A DNA stretch of 64,000 nucleotides from Heteronotia binoei (taxonomy: Eukaryota). The notes below the pieces were generated by a model. The model saw only the letters and a program-made list of their open reading frames with translations. It did no database searches and was not told the DNA's origin. The stretch covers positions 176,576,001 to 176,640,000 of the forward strand of contig NC_083243.1 in assembly GCF_032191835.1 (NCBI RefSeq). The letters are read 5' to 3'. Shown here in pieces: positions 63,504 through 64,000 of the stretch (position 1 is its first letter; each line of letters opens with the position of its first letter). The translations under genes and the position numbers were made by a program.

Positions 63504-63704
63504 TAGAGATGCCAGCCTCCAGGTGGGACTTGGGGATCCCCTGGAATTATAGCTCATCTCCGGACAACAGAAATTGGTTCCCCTGGGGAAATGGATGCTT
63601 TGAAAGATGGACTCTATGGCAGTGTACCCTACTGAGATCCCTGTCCTCCCCAGACTCCACCCTCAAACCAACAGGAGTTTGCCAAGCTGGAGTTGGCAAC
63701 CCTA
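63504..63704 (-). mobile_element. Short hAT-type MITE (same family as 16748-16934)
   Basis: tagagatgccagcc ... gttggcaacccta termini. Confidence 0.7.
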
Positions 63705-64000
63705 TTTTCCCCACACACACTAGTGGCCAGGAGGGACCTGTCAACTCTAAGTTCTCTGGAGCTGTTGCATTTGAAACAAGAAATATCTGTTTGGGTACTG
63801 GCCTGGCTATGCCTTGTTTTGGAACAAGTAGTAGTCCTGTATAATGTTTATCACCCTTGATAAACAAGGGTAGCATACCTGGAGAGTTGTGTGCCACCCC
63901 CCCCCCCCCTCCAATTGTCGTCACAACAGTGCCAGGAGATTGGCAACCTTGAGTGGTAATAACTTGCCCATTCTGCCTAGTAGACTTCATGTCTGAGCAA

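Noticed and set aside
62012-64000. RETREG2 exon 2
   Set aside because: No acceptor followed by LLSSSSLRPF-like coding sequence; probably beyond 64000, though the gap was not readable.

Overview
Vertebrate genomic DNA, most likely a gekkotan lizard (inferred from the repeat families; the species cannot be read from the sequence). It holds the conserved gene block NHEJ1(-), SLC23A3(-), CNPPD1(-), RETREG2(+). I reconstructed exons by hand from GT-AG junctions, phase continuity and remembered similarity to the human proteins: four NHEJ1 coding exons (the rest of the gene runs off the left edge), 12 SLC23A3 exons (1878 nt, 625 aa), 8 CNPPD1 exons (1278 nt, 425 aa) and RETREG2 exon 1. Introns and intergenic DNA are dense with L2, CR1 and RTE LINE pieces, three tRNA-derived SINE families, several non-autonomous hAT families (many with 8-bp TSDs) and solo LTRs. 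There is one 164-N assembly gap. The most unusual signals: (1) two Penelope-type palindromes inside or near the 5' end of NHEJ1, each arm carrying a minimal hammerhead-ribozyme core; (2) a hAT element with a CpG-island-like, double-hairpin interior; (3) SINEs with 1-3 tandem tRNA heads and SINE-derived minisatellites; (4) reciprocal nesting of two hAT families; (5) a possible divergent spliced transcript from the NHEJ1 promoter; (6) a Gly-to-Cys change in the SLC23A3 NAT motif. Most ORFs in the supplied track are repeat-derived or spurious. No database searches were run, so family names are recognition-based.
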